Program-made: the position numbers and the translations under genes
The notes under the pieces: model-generated
What the model was told of the DNA's origin: nothing
The model's database searches: none
Seen by the model: the letters and a program-made list of their open reading frames with translations, nothing else
NCBI GenBank assembly: GCA_038228785.1
Contig: JBBROZ010000003.1
Location: 1-44,172, forward strand
Direction of reading: 5' to 3'
From: Patescibacteria group bacterium
GTDB taxonomy: Bacteria; Patescibacteriota; Microgenomatia; Woykebacterales; JBBROZ01
Length of the DNA stretch: 44,172 bases
Part shown: one piece after another, positions 17,092 to 27,282 of the stretch
How positions within the stretch are numbered: the stretch's first letter is position 1
How the letters are laid out: every line of letters begins with the position of its first letter

Positions 17092-17533
17092 TGGTCACCT
17101 CCACAGGAGAACGGTCGGCGAACTCATGCTCGCCGCCGGCGTAAATGTGTAATTTTTTAATCATCAGACTTCCAGCTCTATTTTTTGGCAACATCCCTTT
17201 GATAGCTTCCCTAACGATGCGGTCAGGGAATGTGGAGCGGAGTTTGGCTAGATTCGCGTCCTTCAAACCACCGGGATAGCCGGAATGGTGGTAGTAATGC
17301 TTGTCCGACTCTTTTCGTCCAGTTACCGCCACATCGGCGGCGTTAATGATGATGAGGTGATCACCGGCATCATGCCCCGGAGTGTAGGTCGGCTTGCCCT
17401 TGCCCATGACGATCCGGGCGGCTTTGGTGGCCAGACGACCCAGGATCTCCCCTTTGGCGTCCATGATAAACCAGCTGATTTTCTTATCAGCTCCGGATTG
17501 GGTTTTAGTTTGACGGGTTAATGTTTTGTTCAT
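17084..17533 (-). CDS. rplM: 50S ribosomal protein L13
   Basis: Motifs DA.G.ILGRLA, YYHHSGYPGGLK and KGMLPKN. Confidence 0.97.
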   Translation of the reverse strand: MNKTLTRQTKTQSGADKKISWFIMDAKGEILGRLATKAARIVMGKGKPTYTPGHDAGDHLIIINAADVAVTGRKESDKHYYHHSGYPGGLKDANLAKLRSTFPDRIVREAIKGMLPKNRAGSLMIKKLHIYAGGEHEFADRSPVEVTNG

Positions 17534-17997
17534 TTGGTTATGGACTTTTTGACACTAGATTTCTTGGAGGCGGCCGTTTTCTTGGCAGGAGATTTCGGGG
17601 CAACCACCTTAGTTTTTTTAGGGACCGTGACGACTTCTTTGATCTCTTCGACGAACTCGATTCTTACCATCGGGGCGTTGTCCCCGATTCGGTTACCTAA
17701 ACGAATTAGTCTAGTATACCCGCCCGGACGTTTGGCGAAAAGTGGTCCAATACTTCCCAACAGTTTATCTATGATCAGTGGATTGGGAATCTCCTCTAAG
17801 AGATTTCGTCTTGAGTTTAAGTCGTTAGTCTTAGACTTAGTCACAAGCTTCTCCACCCACGGGCGCACCGCTTTGGCTTTGGCCTCAGTGGTGTCGATCC
17901 GGCCGTAACGAACAAGAGAGGTTGCCAGCGAGCGAAACAGCGCTTTGCGTTCGTTAGTATCTCTAGATAATCTGCGGCCGTAGACCCGTTTTCGCAT
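17530..17997 (-). CDS. rplQ: 50S ribosomal protein L17 with a Lys-rich tail
   Basis: Motifs RLSR...RKAL, I.TTEAKAK and RPGGYTR. Confidence 0.97.
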   Translation of the reverse strand: MRKRVYGRRLSRDTNERKALFRSLATSLVRYGRIDTTEAKAKAVRPWVEKLVTKSKTNDLNSRRNLLEEIPNPLIIDKLLGSIGPLFAKRPGGYTRLIRLGNRIGDNAPMVRIEFVEEIKEVVTVPKKTKVVAPKSPAKKTAASKKSSVKKSITK

Positions 17998-17998
17998 C

Positions 17999-18913
17999 TT
18001 AGCTAACTAGTCCTTTTTCGCTAAGTTTTTCTTTGATGTCTTTGACACTCTTGGCCCCTAAGTTTTTGATGGTGTTCAGCTTCTCTGAGGGGGTGTCCAA
18101 GAGATCTTGGATCGTCTCGATCCCAGCGCCGTGCAGGGCGTTATTGACTCTGGTCGGGAGTTCTAGCTCCTCGATCGTGGCCGAAGTATCAAAAGCCGCT
18201 TTAACGCGCTTGGGCTTTTCTTCTACTTCCTCGCCGCCTTGTTTGGCCGGCTCGACCATTAGCTTAAACCCGTCGACTAGGATCTCCGCGGCCGATTTGA
18301 TGGCTGCTTCTGGATCGATGGTACCGTCAGTTAGAACTTCCATTGTCAGCTTGTCAAAGTTGGTAAATTGCCCAACCCGAGTCGCCTCGATGTTGTAGTT
18401 AACTCTAGACACTGGAGAGAACACCGCGTCGAGTGGGATAACGCCAATGCCTGAAGCTTTGCGGTCTTCTACGGGCATGTAACCAGTCCCGGTCTCAACC
18501 GTCAGCTCAACCTCAAGCTTGGTTTTCTTGTCGGCCAAGGTAGCTAGGTGCTCGTCGCCATTGGCGATCTTGACGCCAGCTGGAGTCTCGATGTCTTTGG
18601 CCTTAATCGCACCTGGCCCGGTGACTGACAACTTAAGAACTACCTTGTCCTTGCCGTCCATCTTGATCCTGACGCGCTTTAAGTTCAAAAGAAACTGCAC
18701 CATATCTTCTTTGACGCCTTTCAGGCTAGAAAACTCGTGCGTGGCGCCGTGAATTTTGACGGAAGTGATAGCGGCCCCAGGAAGAGAGCTCATCAGCACC
18801 CTTCTTAGTCCGTTACCAATCGTCATCCCGTACCCTTGGGGAAGTGGTTCAATCACGAACGTTCCGTGATTTTTGTCTTGGGCAGTGTATCTTAGCTTTA
18901 CATTATCGAACAT
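17999..18913 (-). CDS. rpoA: RNA polymerase alpha subunit
   Basis: Motifs EPL..GYG.TIGNGLRRVL, HEFS...GVKED and DAVFSPV; CTD IEELELPTRV.NAL, NLGAKS; SD AAGGAGGT. Confidence 0.98.
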   Translation of the reverse strand: MFDNVKLRYTAQDKNHGTFVIEPLPQGYGMTIGNGLRRVLMSSLPGAAITSVKIHGATHEFSSLKGVKEDMVQFLLNLKRVRIKMDGKDKVVLKLSVTGPGAIKAKDIETPAGVKIANGDEHLATLADKKTKLEVELTVETGTGYMPVEDRKASGIGVIPLDAVFSPVSRVNYNIEATRVGQFTNFDKLTMEVLTDGTIDPEAAIKSAAEILVDGFKLMVEPAKQGGEEVEEKPKRVKAAFDTSATIEELELPTRVNNALHGAGIETIQDLLDTPSEKLNTIKNLGAKSVKDIKEKLSEKGLVS

Positions 18914-18984
18914 TTTTAGACCTCCTTAAGATCTGGCCGGCAACTGCCGGCAAAACAGGTCAGCCTTAGCTGACAGCTGCAGTG

Positions 18985-19590
18985 TTATCTGCTATAGAAC
19001 TCCACAATGAGCTGTTCGTCGATGGGAGTAGTGATAGATTCCCGGCCCGGGATATTCTCCACTCGACCAACAGTTCCTTTTCGTTTTAGCCAATTTGGAA
19101 GTTCGTCTGGTTTGACCAATTCCAGCGCTTCTTTGACTTGTGGGTTTTCAAACATATCGGCGACTAACGTCACTTCTTCCCCAGCTCGAACTTGGTAGGA
19201 AGGAATGTCTAGTTTCTTGCCGTTAACCTGGACTTTACCGTGGGTGACAAATTGTCTTGCCTGACCCCTCGATTTGGCCATACCTAGTCTAAAGATCACG
19301 TTATCAAGTCTTGTTTCAAGCTTTTGGAGTAAAGCCTCACCAGTCGCACCTTTGACCCGAGAGGCCTCTTCAAAATAACGACGGAATTGTCGCTCCAAGA
19401 GACCGTACATCCACTTGGCTTTCTGCTTTTCTTTTAGCTGCAGGGCGTATTCGCTCGGCTTACGTCTAGAAACGCCATGTTGTCCTGGCGGAATGGCGCC
19501 TTTTAGGCTCATGAACTTCTCGTCTTTCCCAAACAAGGGGATTCCGATACGACGAGATAAGCGTCTTTTTGGACCAGTATACCTACCCAT
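18985..19590 (-). CDS. rpsD: 30S ribosomal protein S4
   Basis: Motifs MGRYTGP, PPGQHG, QLKEKQK, LETRLDN and IVEFYSR. Confidence 0.98.
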   Translation of the reverse strand: MGRYTGPKRRLSRRIGIPLFGKDEKFMSLKGAIPPGQHGVSRRKPSEYALQLKEKQKAKWMYGLLERQFRRYFEEASRVKGATGEALLQKLETRLDNVIFRLGMAKSRGQARQFVTHGKVQVNGKKLDIPSYQVRAGEEVTLVADMFENPQVKEALELVKPDELPNWLKRKGTVGRVENIPGRESITTPIDEQLIVEFYSR

Positions 19591-19961
19591 TAGACACGTC
19601 TCCTTTTGCGGGGCCTGGGGCCGTTATGGGGGATCGGAGTGACGTCTGAAATCGCGGTAATATTTAGACCGGCTGATTTAAGAGCTCTAAGAGCGGCGTC
19701 TCGTCCCGATCCTGGACCTTTAATGAAAACCTCGACTTCTCTCACTCCTTGGTCTAGGGCGCGTCTAGCAACGAGCTCCACCGCAGTCGTGGCGGCGTAA
19801 GGAGTAGATTTTCTAGCTCCTTTGAATCCGCTGGCTCCAGCCGAACCGGTGGAGATGGCGTTACCTTTGGGATCAGTGATGGTCACGAGAGTATTATTGA
19901 AAGTCGCCGTGACATAAACCCGACCGTTGCTTGGAATTTCTTTTTTGATTGCTTTAGCCAT
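19590..19961 (-). CDS. rpsK: 30S ribosomal protein S11 (start moved to the ATG at 19961)
   Basis: Motifs [23 protein letters not shown] and DVTPIPHNG. Confidence 0.97.
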   Translation of the reverse strand: MAKAIKKEIPSNGRVYVTATFNNTLVTITDPKGNAISTGSAGASGFKGARKSTPYAATTAVELVARRALDQGVREVEVFIKGPGSGRDAALRALKSAGLNITAISDVTPIPHNGPRPRKRRRV

Positions 19962-20008
19962 ATTACTTTTGGTACTCCAATAGCAAGGCGTCAAATAATT
20001 TTGACATG

Positions 20009-20431
20009 TTATTTCTTCCCGGCAGCGGGTGCCGACGGAGTAGCTCCAGCAGTTCTAGCGGCTACTTCTTTTTTGATAGCTCCGATAGTCAGCCTCTTAC
20101 CTCGTTTGGTCCGAGCATTACTTTTGGTTCTTTGCCCACGAGACGGCAGATTCTTGCGGTGCCTACTTCCACGATATGATCCGATTTCTTCCAAGCGTTT
20201 AATGTTTTGGATAACAGTTCGTCTTAGCTCACCTTCGACTGGCATAGCCTCGATAACTTTTTGAATTTTGGCTAATTGCTCGTCAGTTAGATCCTTGACC
20301 CGAGTGGCCGGATCGACGCTGGCTTGGGCCAGGATGACATCAGCATTAGTTGGGCCAACTCCGTAGATGTAGCGGATGGAAAAGGAGACTTTCTTTTGGT
20401 CGGGGATATCGACCCCTGCAATTCTAGCCAT
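20009..20431 (-). CDS. rpsM: 30S ribosomal protein S13
   Basis: Motifs [15 protein letters not shown] and YRG.RH...[13 protein letters not shown]. Confidence 0.98.
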   Translation of the reverse strand: MARIAGVDIPDQKKVSFSIRYIYGVGPTNADVILAQASVDPATRVKDLTDEQLAKIQKVIEAMPVEGELRRTVIQNIKRLEEIGSYRGSRHRKNLPSRGQRTKSNARTKRGKRLTIGAIKKEVAARTAGATPSAPAAGKK

Positions 20432-20544
20432 TAACCTTGCCTCTGCTTATGTCTAGGATTAATACAAATCACCCTCAGCACGCCTTCGCGTCTGATGATT
20501 TTGCAACTGCTGCACCTAGTTCTAACTGATGGTTGTACTTTCAT
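20431..20544 (-). CDS. rpmJ: 50S ribosomal protein L36 (Zn-binding type); not in the ORF track
   Basis: [37 protein letters not shown]. The stop overlaps the rpsM start (TAATG). Confidence 0.97.
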   Translation of the reverse strand: MKVQPSVRTRCSSCKIIRREGVLRVICINPRHKQRQG

Positions 20545-20604
20545 ATTTTTATTATTCTCTCGAATGAAAGCAAGGAGTCAGTAATCTGACAAGTTACTTT
20601 CATA

Positions 20605-20892
20605 TTATCTATTCCTGTAAGTGATCCGGCCTTTGCTTGGGTCGTACGGAGTCATCTCGATCTTGACCTTATCTCCTGGCATGATCCTAATGTAGTGCTT
20701 ACGCAGTTTTCCAGCCAAGTGGGCCAAGATCATTCTGGGGGCTTCTCCCTCAGCTCCCGGGATTTCTACCCGAAAAAGAGTGTTGGGCAGAGACTCAGTG
20801 ACGACTCCGTCGACTTCAAAAACCTGCTTGCTGTCGAAGGCAGGTGCCGCCGATCCAGCCTCACTATCAATGTTGGTGTTTTCTTCGCTCAT
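20605..20892 (-). CDS. infA: Translation initiation factor IF-1 with an acidic N-terminal extension
   Basis: Motifs [30 protein letters not shown] and PYD..KGRITYR. Confidence 0.96.
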   Translation of the reverse strand: MSEENTNIDSEAGSAAPAFDSKQVFEVDGVVTESLPNTLFRVEIPGAEGEAPRMILAHLAGKLRKHYIRIMPGDKVKIEMTPYDPSKGRITYRNR

Positions 20893-20900
20893 TTATAAAT

Positions 20901-21012
20901 AAAAAACGGTCATTCAGACCGGAAACGCGACCTAAGTCGCGAGTAAGGGACTTATCCCATTGTCTGAACAATGTACTTGGGGCATTCTACCAGAGGTAAA
21001 TTGGCCAGTCAA
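20901..21012 (-). promoter_or_regulatory. Internal promoter plus structured leader/attenuator upstream of infA
   Basis: TTGACT(21012-21007)-17 nt-TAGAAT(20989-20984). Hairpins and a terminator-like CGGTC-TGAAT-GACCG-TTTTTT follow. Confidence 0.7.
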
Positions 21013-21773
21013 GCGATAGTTTCCGTCGGTCTTTTGGTGAGAATTTTAGGGCCACTTGAGGTTATAGCGACGGTGTGTTCGAATAGTCCGGCCAGGGTGG
21101 CGTTCTCCGAAGATATGGTCCAACCGTCATCTTCCAGGTATATCTCAGGACTGCCGTTGGTATAGATCGGCTCAATCGCGACGACCATTCCCTCCTCAAG
21201 CGTTAAACCGGTCCCCGCGTCTCCCAGATTGGGGATGAGAGGCTCCTCGTGCAAATCTCGCCCCACCCCATGCCCAGTCAGGCTCTCGACGATCCCGTAC
21301 TTACCCTGGGCTAGAACTTGCTCGATAGCGAAGGAGATATCTCCAACCCTACCTCCAACTTTAGCCTGAGCTATTCCGGCGTAAAGCGCTTTTTGGCCAG
21401 ACGATAAGAACTGTTTGGTCACGGGAGGAACATCACCAATCGGGATGGTGATCGCAGTGTCAGAATGCCAACCTTGGTAAGTCGCTCCCAGATCAATTGA
21501 GAGGATATCGCCATTTTTTAACGAAACGTCTTTGGGAATACCATGTACGACCTGGGAATTGATGTTGGTGCAAATGCTGTGAGCGTAGTTGGAGACTGTT
21601 TTAAAGCCGGACTCCCCGCCTGCCGCTAAGATCAGCTTCTCGGCTAGTTGGTCAAGTTCTAGTGTCGAAACCCCAGGCTTGGCGGCGGCGATCACACGAT
21701 CCAGAACTTGGCCGGCGATCTCCCCAGCGCGGGTCATAAGTTTCAGCTCGTCAGGAGTCTTTAAATGTATCAT
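21009..21773 (-). CDS. map: Methionine aminopeptidase type I
   Basis: Motifs VVHGIP, GDILSIDLG, DTAIT, GHGVG..LHEEP, AIEP and FEHT. Confidence 0.97.
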   Translation of the reverse strand: MIHLKTPDELKLMTRAGEIAGQVLDRVIAAAKPGVSTLELDQLAEKLILAAGGESGFKTVSNYAHSICTNINSQVVHGIPKDVSLKNGDILSIDLGATYQGWHSDTAITIPIGDVPPVTKQFLSSGQKALYAGIAQAKVGGRVGDISFAIEQVLAQGKYGIVESLTGHGVGRDLHEEPLIPNLGDAGTGLTLEEGMVVAIEPIYTNGSPEIYLEDDGWTISSENATLAGLFEHTVAITSSGPKILTKRPTETIA

Positions 21774-22290
21774 CTAGTCTCCTCTTCACCTCGTCGACTG
21801 ATCCAGAGTTGTCGATCTCGCCCACTTGACTACCCAGGCGTTCGAAAAATGCTATGACGGGCCGAGTTTCGGACTCGAATACCTCGAAGCGTTTCTTGAC
21901 TGTCTCCGGGGTGTCATCCCCGCGACCCCGTCTTAACATTCGACCCACCACGAGCTCAACTGGAACTGATAAATGAAAAACGTGGTCGATCTTCCAGCCA
22001 CGGTCTTGTAGAAATTTAGCAAAAACTTCAGCTTGGCCGATGGTTCTAGGAAATCCGTCAAGAATAAAATTCCCATCGGTTGTGGCAAGTTTTTGGAAAA
22101 TAATTTCGTCAACTTCAACGTCGGGTAGCAATTGTCCAGAATCTAAAATTGATTTAATTCGAGGATCAGTTTGTGAAATTTCGCGAAAAACATTCCCAGT
22201 TGAGATCCAGGGGATATTTAATTTCTGGGAAAGATACCTGGCGTATGTTGATTTACCGGTGCCAGGTGCACCAAACAGCGTCACCAGCAC
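21751..22290 (-). CDS. adk: Adenylate kinase (short-LID type)
   Basis: Motifs GAPGTGKST, ISTGNVFR, FILDGFPRT and RGRGDD; located between secY and map. Confidence 0.92.
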   Translation of the reverse strand: MLVTLFGAPGTGKSTYARYLSQKLNIPWISTGNVFREISQTDPRIKSILDSGQLLPDVEVDEIIFQKLATTDGNFILDGFPRTIGQAEVFAKFLQDRGWKIDHVFHLSVPVELVVGRMLRRGRGDDTPETVKKRFEVFESETRPVIAFFERLGSQVGEIDNSGSVDEVKRRLDDTFKDS

Positions 22291-23576
22291 TAGTTTAGAA
22301 ACCCTTCGTAATGGCGCATCACTAACATACTTTGTAGTTGCTTCATCGACTCTAGCACCACCGAGACTACGATCAGAAGTCCCGTACCGCCGATAATAAG
22401 CGTGGTGATCCCGGTCAAAGACTGCATGATAAATGGCAGCACCGCCACTGATCCCAGGAACAACGATCCGATGACGGTAATTCTAGTCAGGATAAAGTTT
22501 AGGTAATTAGCCGTCGGCGCGCCGGGCCGGACACCCGGAATAAATCCGCCGTATTTTTTGATTTCATCAGCAATTTTATCGGGGTTGAAAGTGACGGCGG
22601 TGTAGAAAAAAGTAAAAAGAACTGTCAGGAAAAAGTAGAGGGCTCCGTAATAGAGCTGGTTTTGCAAAAATAGCGTTACATTTTTGGTCACGGCCAAGAC
22701 CACACCCGTCGCCACTGATGATAGTGAGGTCGCCACTAGGTTGGGGATAAGTAGGAGGGAGGAAGCAAAGATGATTGGGATCACCCCGGCTTGATTAACT
22801 CGTAGTGGGAGGTAGGAAGACTGCGCCTCTCCCGTGGTTCCGTCGGGACGGACTCGCCTAGCATACTGGACTTGGATCATCCGCATGGCTTCGTTAACGT
22901 ACACCACCGCGGCGATCACGCCCACCGCAGCCACGGCCAGTAAACCGTAGCTCAGCAGTTTCTCAGCGTCCAAAACCGTCGCCGTTTGCCCCACCGATAC
23001 TGGAAGTCTAGCGACGATACCGGCGAAAATGATTGTTGAAATACCGTTACCAATCCCCGATTCAGTAACAAGTTCTCCCAGCCACATTAGAAAGATGGTC
23101 CCCGCCGTTAGGGTCACAACCATGGTGGCTAGTTGCAGTGGAGAGCTGATATGGATAAGTCCCTGACTTCGCGATAAAAACAAGATCACTCCGTAAGCCT
23201 GAACCCCGGCCAATGGAACTGTCAGATATCTGGTGTACTGATTGATCTTACGACGACCAAAATCCCCCTCTTTACTAAGCTCTTCCAGCTTGGGGAAAAT
23301 CATCGTCATAAGCTGCATGATAATTGACGCGTTAATGTAGGGATTTAGACCAAGGGCGATAATTGAAAAATGAGTCAGCGTTCCCCCCGAGAAAATATCC
23401 AAAAGCCCCAAAACTTGGTTGCTCGCAAACAAGTTCTTGAGCCCGGCGATATCGACTCCAGGGATCGGGACGAAATTGATAACTCGAAAGATTAGCAGAA
23501 CACCGGCGGTAAAAAGTATTTTTTTACGTAAATCCGGAGCCGACCAGATATTAGTTAGAACTTGGGCGATCTTCAA
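22290..23576 (-). CDS. secY: Preprotein translocase SecY
   Basis: Motifs [40 protein letters not shown] and GGTGLLIVV. Confidence 0.98.
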   Translation of the reverse strand: MKIAQVLTNIWSAPDLRKKILFTAGVLLIFRVINFVPIPGVDIAGLKNLFASNQVLGLLDIFSGGTLTHFSIIALGLNPYINASIIMQLMTMIFPKLEELSKEGDFGRRKINQYTRYLTVPLAGVQAYGVILFLSRSQGLIHISSPLQLATMVVTLTAGTIFLMWLGELVTESGIGNGISTIIFAGIVARLPVSVGQTATVLDAEKLLSYGLLAVAAVGVIAAVVYVNEAMRMIQVQYARRVRPDGTTGEAQSSYLPLRVNQAGVIPIIFASSLLLIPNLVATSLSSVATGVVLAVTKNVTLFLQNQLYYGALYFFLTVLFTFFYTAVTFNPDKIADEIKKYGGFIPGVRPGAPTANYLNFILTRITVIGSLFLGSVAVLPFIMQSLTGITTLIIGGTGLLIVVSVVLESMKQLQSMLVMRHYEGFLN

Positions 23577-24003
23577 GGACTTGACCCCCGGCCGCGATTA
23601 TTTTCTTGGCGGCTTCTTTACTGGTGGGGAGCTGGACTATCAGGGCCAGACCAATCTCACCATTGCCCAGTATCTTTATTTTACGCCTTCTGGAATCTCC
23701 GGCTGAGACTAGACCAGACGCGATCAAGCTATCAACATTAATTTCCGCGCCCTTGGCAAATTTAGCGAGGTCCCCGACATTAACGATTAGCGCGTTGGCC
23801 CCAGCGGGATTACCGACACCACGCTTGAAAGGCAAACGTTTAATAATCCTAAGTTGCCCTCCCTCGAAGCTTTGCTGAATCGACTCTTTGGACTTTTGTC
23901 CGTTCATGCCTCGAGCTGAGGTTTTACCTTTACCGCTGCCGTGTCCCCGACCAACAATCTTGTTTGAGCGAGTGGTTTGAGCGGGTAATTTATTTAGTTG
24001 CAT
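23551..24003 (-). CDS. rplO: 50S ribosomal protein L15
   Basis: Motifs VGRG.GSGKGKT..RG..GQ, FEGGQ and KILG.G. Confidence 0.97.
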   Translation of the reverse strand: MQLNKLPAQTTRSNKIVGRGHGSGKGKTSARGMNGQKSKESIQQSFEGGQLRIIKRLPFKRGVGNPAGANALIVNVGDLAKFAKGAEINVDSLIASGLVSAGDSRRRKIKILGNGEIGLALIVQLPTSKEAAKKIIAAGGQVLEDRPSSN

Positions 24004-24577
24004 CTTTTTTAGCCTTTTCCACTACTTTTTTTATTGTGGCGACTGGTTGCTTGGCCGCAGGCTTCTTAGCAACTTTCGCTTCTTTCGGCTGATCGGAAAC
24101 GTAGTTTTTTACGGGGATAGAGCGCAACTGCTTCAAAGCCTCCAAGGTGGCGTAGACGTTACTAGCTTGATTACTAGTTCCTAGCACTTTGGAGAGGATA
24201 TCTTTGATCCCAGCTGCTTCGACGACCGCCCGTACGGCCCCACCAGCTATTACGCCAGTTCCAGGCGAAGCTGGCTTTAGCAGGACCCGAGCCGCCCCCA
24301 GCTTGACTAATATTTCGTGGGGAATCGTAGCGTCAACCATCGGGACAGTGATCAGGTGTTTCTTGGCGTAGCTAACACCTTTTTGGATTGAGGACTGAAC
24401 GTCTCCGGCTTTACCTAGACCCACCCCGACCCGACCCTTTTTGTCACCGATCACGACAACCACGGAAAAACCCATCCTATTACCACCCTTAGTCTTTTTA
24501 CTGACACGGTGGACTTGGACGACTTTCTCTTCAAATTCCTTCGGCTCTTGATTGTAACCTCGGTCACGGTATGCCAT
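23990..24577 (-). CDS. rpsE: 30S ribosomal protein S5
   Basis: Motifs RVSK.TKGG and [14 protein letters not shown]; Lys/Ala-rich tail. Confidence 0.98.
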   Translation of the reverse strand: MAYRDRGYNQEPKEFEEKVVQVHRVSKKTKGGNRMGFSVVVVIGDKKGRVGVGLGKAGDVQSSIQKGVSYAKKHLITVPMVDATIPHEILVKLGAARVLLKPASPGTGVIAGGAVRAVVEAAGIKDILSKVLGTSNQASNVYATLEALKQLRSIPVKNYVSDQPKEAKVAKKPAAKQPVATIKKVVEKAKKDATK

Positions 24578-24924
24578 TAAAACTCCAGCCCTCCTTTTCT
24601 AGCTCCTTCCGCCACAGCTTTGACACGTCCGTGGTAAGCAAACCCGCCTCGGTCAAAAACTACCTTAATGATCTTGGCGGCCTTACCAACCTTGGCGATC
24701 TCGGTTCCGACCAGCTCAGCCTTTTGCAATTTAGTCATTTTCTCCGTCATCTTGGAGTCACTAGCGGCCCCCATTGTTACGCCCTTGTCATCATCAATGA
24801 GCTGAGCATAAATATGAGCTGAGCTCCTAAATACGGCCAGACGGGGACGCTCATGTGAACCTATGATCTGAGAACGGATCTTAATGTGTCTTTTTATTCG
24901 GTTATTAGAATATGTTTTGATCAT
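24577..24924 (-). CDS. rplR: 50S ribosomal protein L18 (start moved to the ATG at 24924)
   Basis: Motifs [18 protein letters not shown] and VVFDRGG..YHGRVKA.AEGAR. Confidence 0.97.
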   Translation of the reverse strand: MIKTYSNNRIKRHIKIRSQIIGSHERPRLAVFRSSAHIYAQLIDDDKGVTMGAASDSKMTEKMTKLQKAELVGTEIAKVGKAAKIIKVVFDRGGFAYHGRVKAVAEGARKGGLEF

Positions 24925-24925
24925 G

Positions 24926-25483
24926 TTACTTACCACCGGTCCCAGTCGCACCAGCTGCTTTAGCGGTCTTACCAGCTTTGCGGCGGATGTACTCACCAAC
25001 GTAGTGAATTCCCTTACCTTTGTAGGGTTCAGGTGGACGAACCTTGCGGATATTAGCCGCGATTTGCCCAACTAAAGCCTTGTCGATTCCCTCGACTTTG
25101 ATCTTACCTTCAATCACACTAAACCGGATCCCCTCAGGGGCTTCGATCTTAACTGGGTGCGAGAACCCAATCGCCATGACTAGGTCACTACCTTCGACTT
25201 GAGCTCGGTAACCAATTCCGGTCATCTCCAGGTCCTTAGTAAACCCAGTGGTGACGCCTTCAACCATATTGGCTAGTAAAGCTCTGGTTAATCCGTGGAC
25301 CGCCTTATCGTCATCGGTTTTTCGGGTAACCACGATTTGCCCATTATCGGCTGTAAAGTCCACTTGTTTAAGAAAAGTTTGCTTAAGCTCTCCTTTGGGG
25401 CCGGTAATGGTCACAGTGTGACCGCTGATTTCAACCTTGACTCCATCTGGGATTGGGATGGCTAGCTTTCCAATTCGGCTCAT
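24926..25483 (-). CDS. rplF: 50S ribosomal protein L6
   Basis: Motifs MSRIGK, GPKGEL, G.GYRA and RPPEPYKGKGI. Confidence 0.98.
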   Translation of the reverse strand: MSRIGKLAIPIPDGVKVEISGHTVTITGPKGELKQTFLKQVDFTADNGQIVVTRKTDDDKAVHGLTRALLANMVEGVTTGFTKDLEMTGIGYRAQVEGSDLVMAIGFSHPVKIEAPEGIRFSVIEGKIKVEGIDKALVGQIAANIRKVRPPEPYKGKGIHYVGEYIRRKAGKTAKAAGATGTGGK

Positions 25484-25484
25484 C

Positions 25485-25868
25485 TTACCATACCTCCGCG
25501 ATCACTTCGCCACCAAGTTTGCTCTTGCGGGCCTGCTCGCCACTCATCAGCCCTTTGCTAGTTGAGATGACCATCATCCCGAGACCACTTCTGACTTTGC
25601 GGAAGTTTTTGGCCTGATCGTAAACACGAAGTCCGGGGCGACTAACACGCTTGAGATGAATCATTGACGGCTCTCCTTGGTCGTATTTAAGAGCGATCGT
25701 AATAAGGTGGGTGGCGTCATCGACACTAACTTCCCCGACCATGCCGCGAGTTTGCAACAGCTTAGCCAGTTCCACTTTTACTTTGGAATAAGGAACGCTA
25801 GTCGAGGAAAGCCTACTCATATAAGCGTTACGGATTCTAGTTAGCATGTCAGCAATTGGGTCGTGCAT
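25485..25868 (-). CDS. rpsH: 30S ribosomal protein S8
   Basis: Motifs DPIADMLTRIRNA, SRPGLRVY, STSKG and GGEV...VW. Confidence 0.98.
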   Translation of the reverse strand: MHDPIADMLTRIRNAYMSRLSSTSVPYSKVKVELAKLLQTRGMVGEVSVDDATHLITIALKYDQGEPSMIHLKRVSRPGLRVYDQAKNFRKVRSGLGMMVISTSKGLMSGEQARKSKLGGEVIAEVW

Positions 25869-25876
25869 AATTCTCC

Positions 25877-26065
25877 TTAAGCGTGGCTTACCTTTACTAC
25901 TCCTGGTAATTGTCCTTCGTGAGCGAGTTGTCTAAAACAAATCCGACACATTCCAAACTTTCTCATGTAACCTCGGGGTCGACCACAAATGGCGCAGCGG
26001 TTATGAAATTGGATACTCTTGGGGTCAGTCCTCCTCCATTTAACAAGCATGCTCGTCTTAGCCAT
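25877..26065 (-). CDS. rpsN: 30S ribosomal protein S14 (type Z, Zn-binding)
   Basis: Motif [21 protein letters not shown]. Confidence 0.97.
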   Translation of the reverse strand: MAKTSMLVKWRRTDPKSIQFHNRCAICGRPRGYMRKFGMCRICFRQLAHEGQLPGVVKVSHA

Positions 26066-26603
26066 TGGAAGTCTCCTTCTTAAGTGGCAAACCGATAGCT
26101 CGGAGGAGCTTTCTGGCCCCCTCGTCGGTCTTGGATGTGGTTTTGATTGTTACCTCAAGACCGCGCATTTTGGTAACTTTGCTGTAGTCGATTTCGGGGA
26201 AGACAATTTGCTCCCTTAGACCTAGTGAATAATTACCGTGACCGTCAAAGACATCGGGAAGCCCACGGAAATCTCTGACCCTAGGCAAGGCCGTTGAGAT
26301 AAGACGCTCCACGAACGACCACATCCGATCACCCCGTAGGGTTACAGCCACGCCGATTGGTTGACCTTCACGGAGCTTAAAACCAGCGATCGCTTTTTTG
26401 CTAAGTCTCAGGGTTGGCTTCTGTCCGGTGATGGTGGCGATATCTTTCTCGACTTCAGTTAGAAGTTTCGGGTCGGCCACGGCCTCTTTGACACCGACAT
26501 TAACTACAACTTTTTCCAGGGTTGGAACAGCCATGACGTTTTTTAGTCCCATATCGTCTTGGAGCTGCTTTCTTATTTCACTGTTGAACTTTTGTTTTAA
26601 CAT
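26058..26603 (-). CDS. rplE: 50S ribosomal protein L5 (start moved to the ATG at 26603)
   Basis: Motifs [24 protein letters not shown] and EQIVFPEI. Confidence 0.97.
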   Translation of the reverse strand: MLKQKFNSEIRKQLQDDMGLKNVMAVPTLEKVVVNVGVKEAVADPKLLTEVEKDIATITGQKPTLRLSKKAIAGFKLREGQPIGVAVTLRGDRMWSFVERLISTALPRVRDFRGLPDVFDGHGNYSLGLREQIVFPEIDYSKVTKMRGLEVTIKTTSKTDEGARKLLRAIGLPLKKETSNG

Positions 26604-26604
26604 G

Positions 26605-26913
26605 TTATATCTGCTCTCCGCACTTGCGGCAAAAACGGATCTTTTTCTCACCGACAATTTTGGATCCAATTCTAGTCGGCTCGGTACATTTCTTACAGAC
26701 ATAAGCAATGTTCCCAACCGGTAGGGGTCTAGTGATCGTGATTAGTCCGCCAGTTTTGGTGCGATCAGATTTATCCTTAACGAATTTCTTATAAAGGTTG
26801 ACTCCAGCTACCAAAACTTTAGCGTCCGAGAGATAAACGCGTTCGATCTTACCACGCTTACCTTTGTCCTTACCAGCAGTTACTAAAACCTCGTCACCAA
26901 CTCGGAATTTCAT
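26605..26913 (-). CDS. rplX: 50S ribosomal protein L24
   Basis: KOW motif GDEV.V.AGKDKGKRG; C-terminal CxxC pairs. Confidence 0.96.
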   Translation of the reverse strand: MKFRVGDEVLVTAGKDKGKRGKIERVYLSDAKVLVAGVNLYKKFVKDKSDRTKTGGLITITRPLPVGNIAYVCKKCTEPTRIGSKIVGEKKIRFCRKCGEQI

Positions 26914-27282
26914 TTAGAGTACCTCCGGGGCTAACGAGACTATTTTCATAAGACCCTTGTCGCGCAATTCCCTAGCCACTGGACCAAAGACGCGGGTCCC
27001 CCGGGGATTTCCGGCAGCGTCGATCACAACTGCGGCGTTCTCGTCAAATCTAATAAAGCTGCCATCAGCCCGGCGTTGCTCTTTTCTAACTCGAACTAGC
27101 ACTGCTTTGACCACTTCGCCGTCTTTGACGGCCCCGTTCGGGCTAGCCCCTTTGACCACAGTCGTGACCACATCACCCAAATAGGCAAACCGCTTCCTAG
27201 AATGATAGGGAATAGTGATCACCTGTAGCTCCTTGGCTCCAGAATTATCAGCAACATTTAAGCGGCTACGAATTTGGATCAC
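26914..27282 (-). CDS. rplN: 50S ribosomal protein L14
   Basis: Motifs [30 protein letters not shown] and SLAPEVL. Confidence 0.98.
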   Translation of the reverse strand: MIQIRSRLNVADNSGAKELQVITIPYHSRKRFAYLGDVVTTVVKGASPNGAVKDGEVVKAVLVRVRKEQRRADGSFIRFDENAAVVIDAAGNPRGTRVFGPVARELRDKGLMKIVSLAPEVL

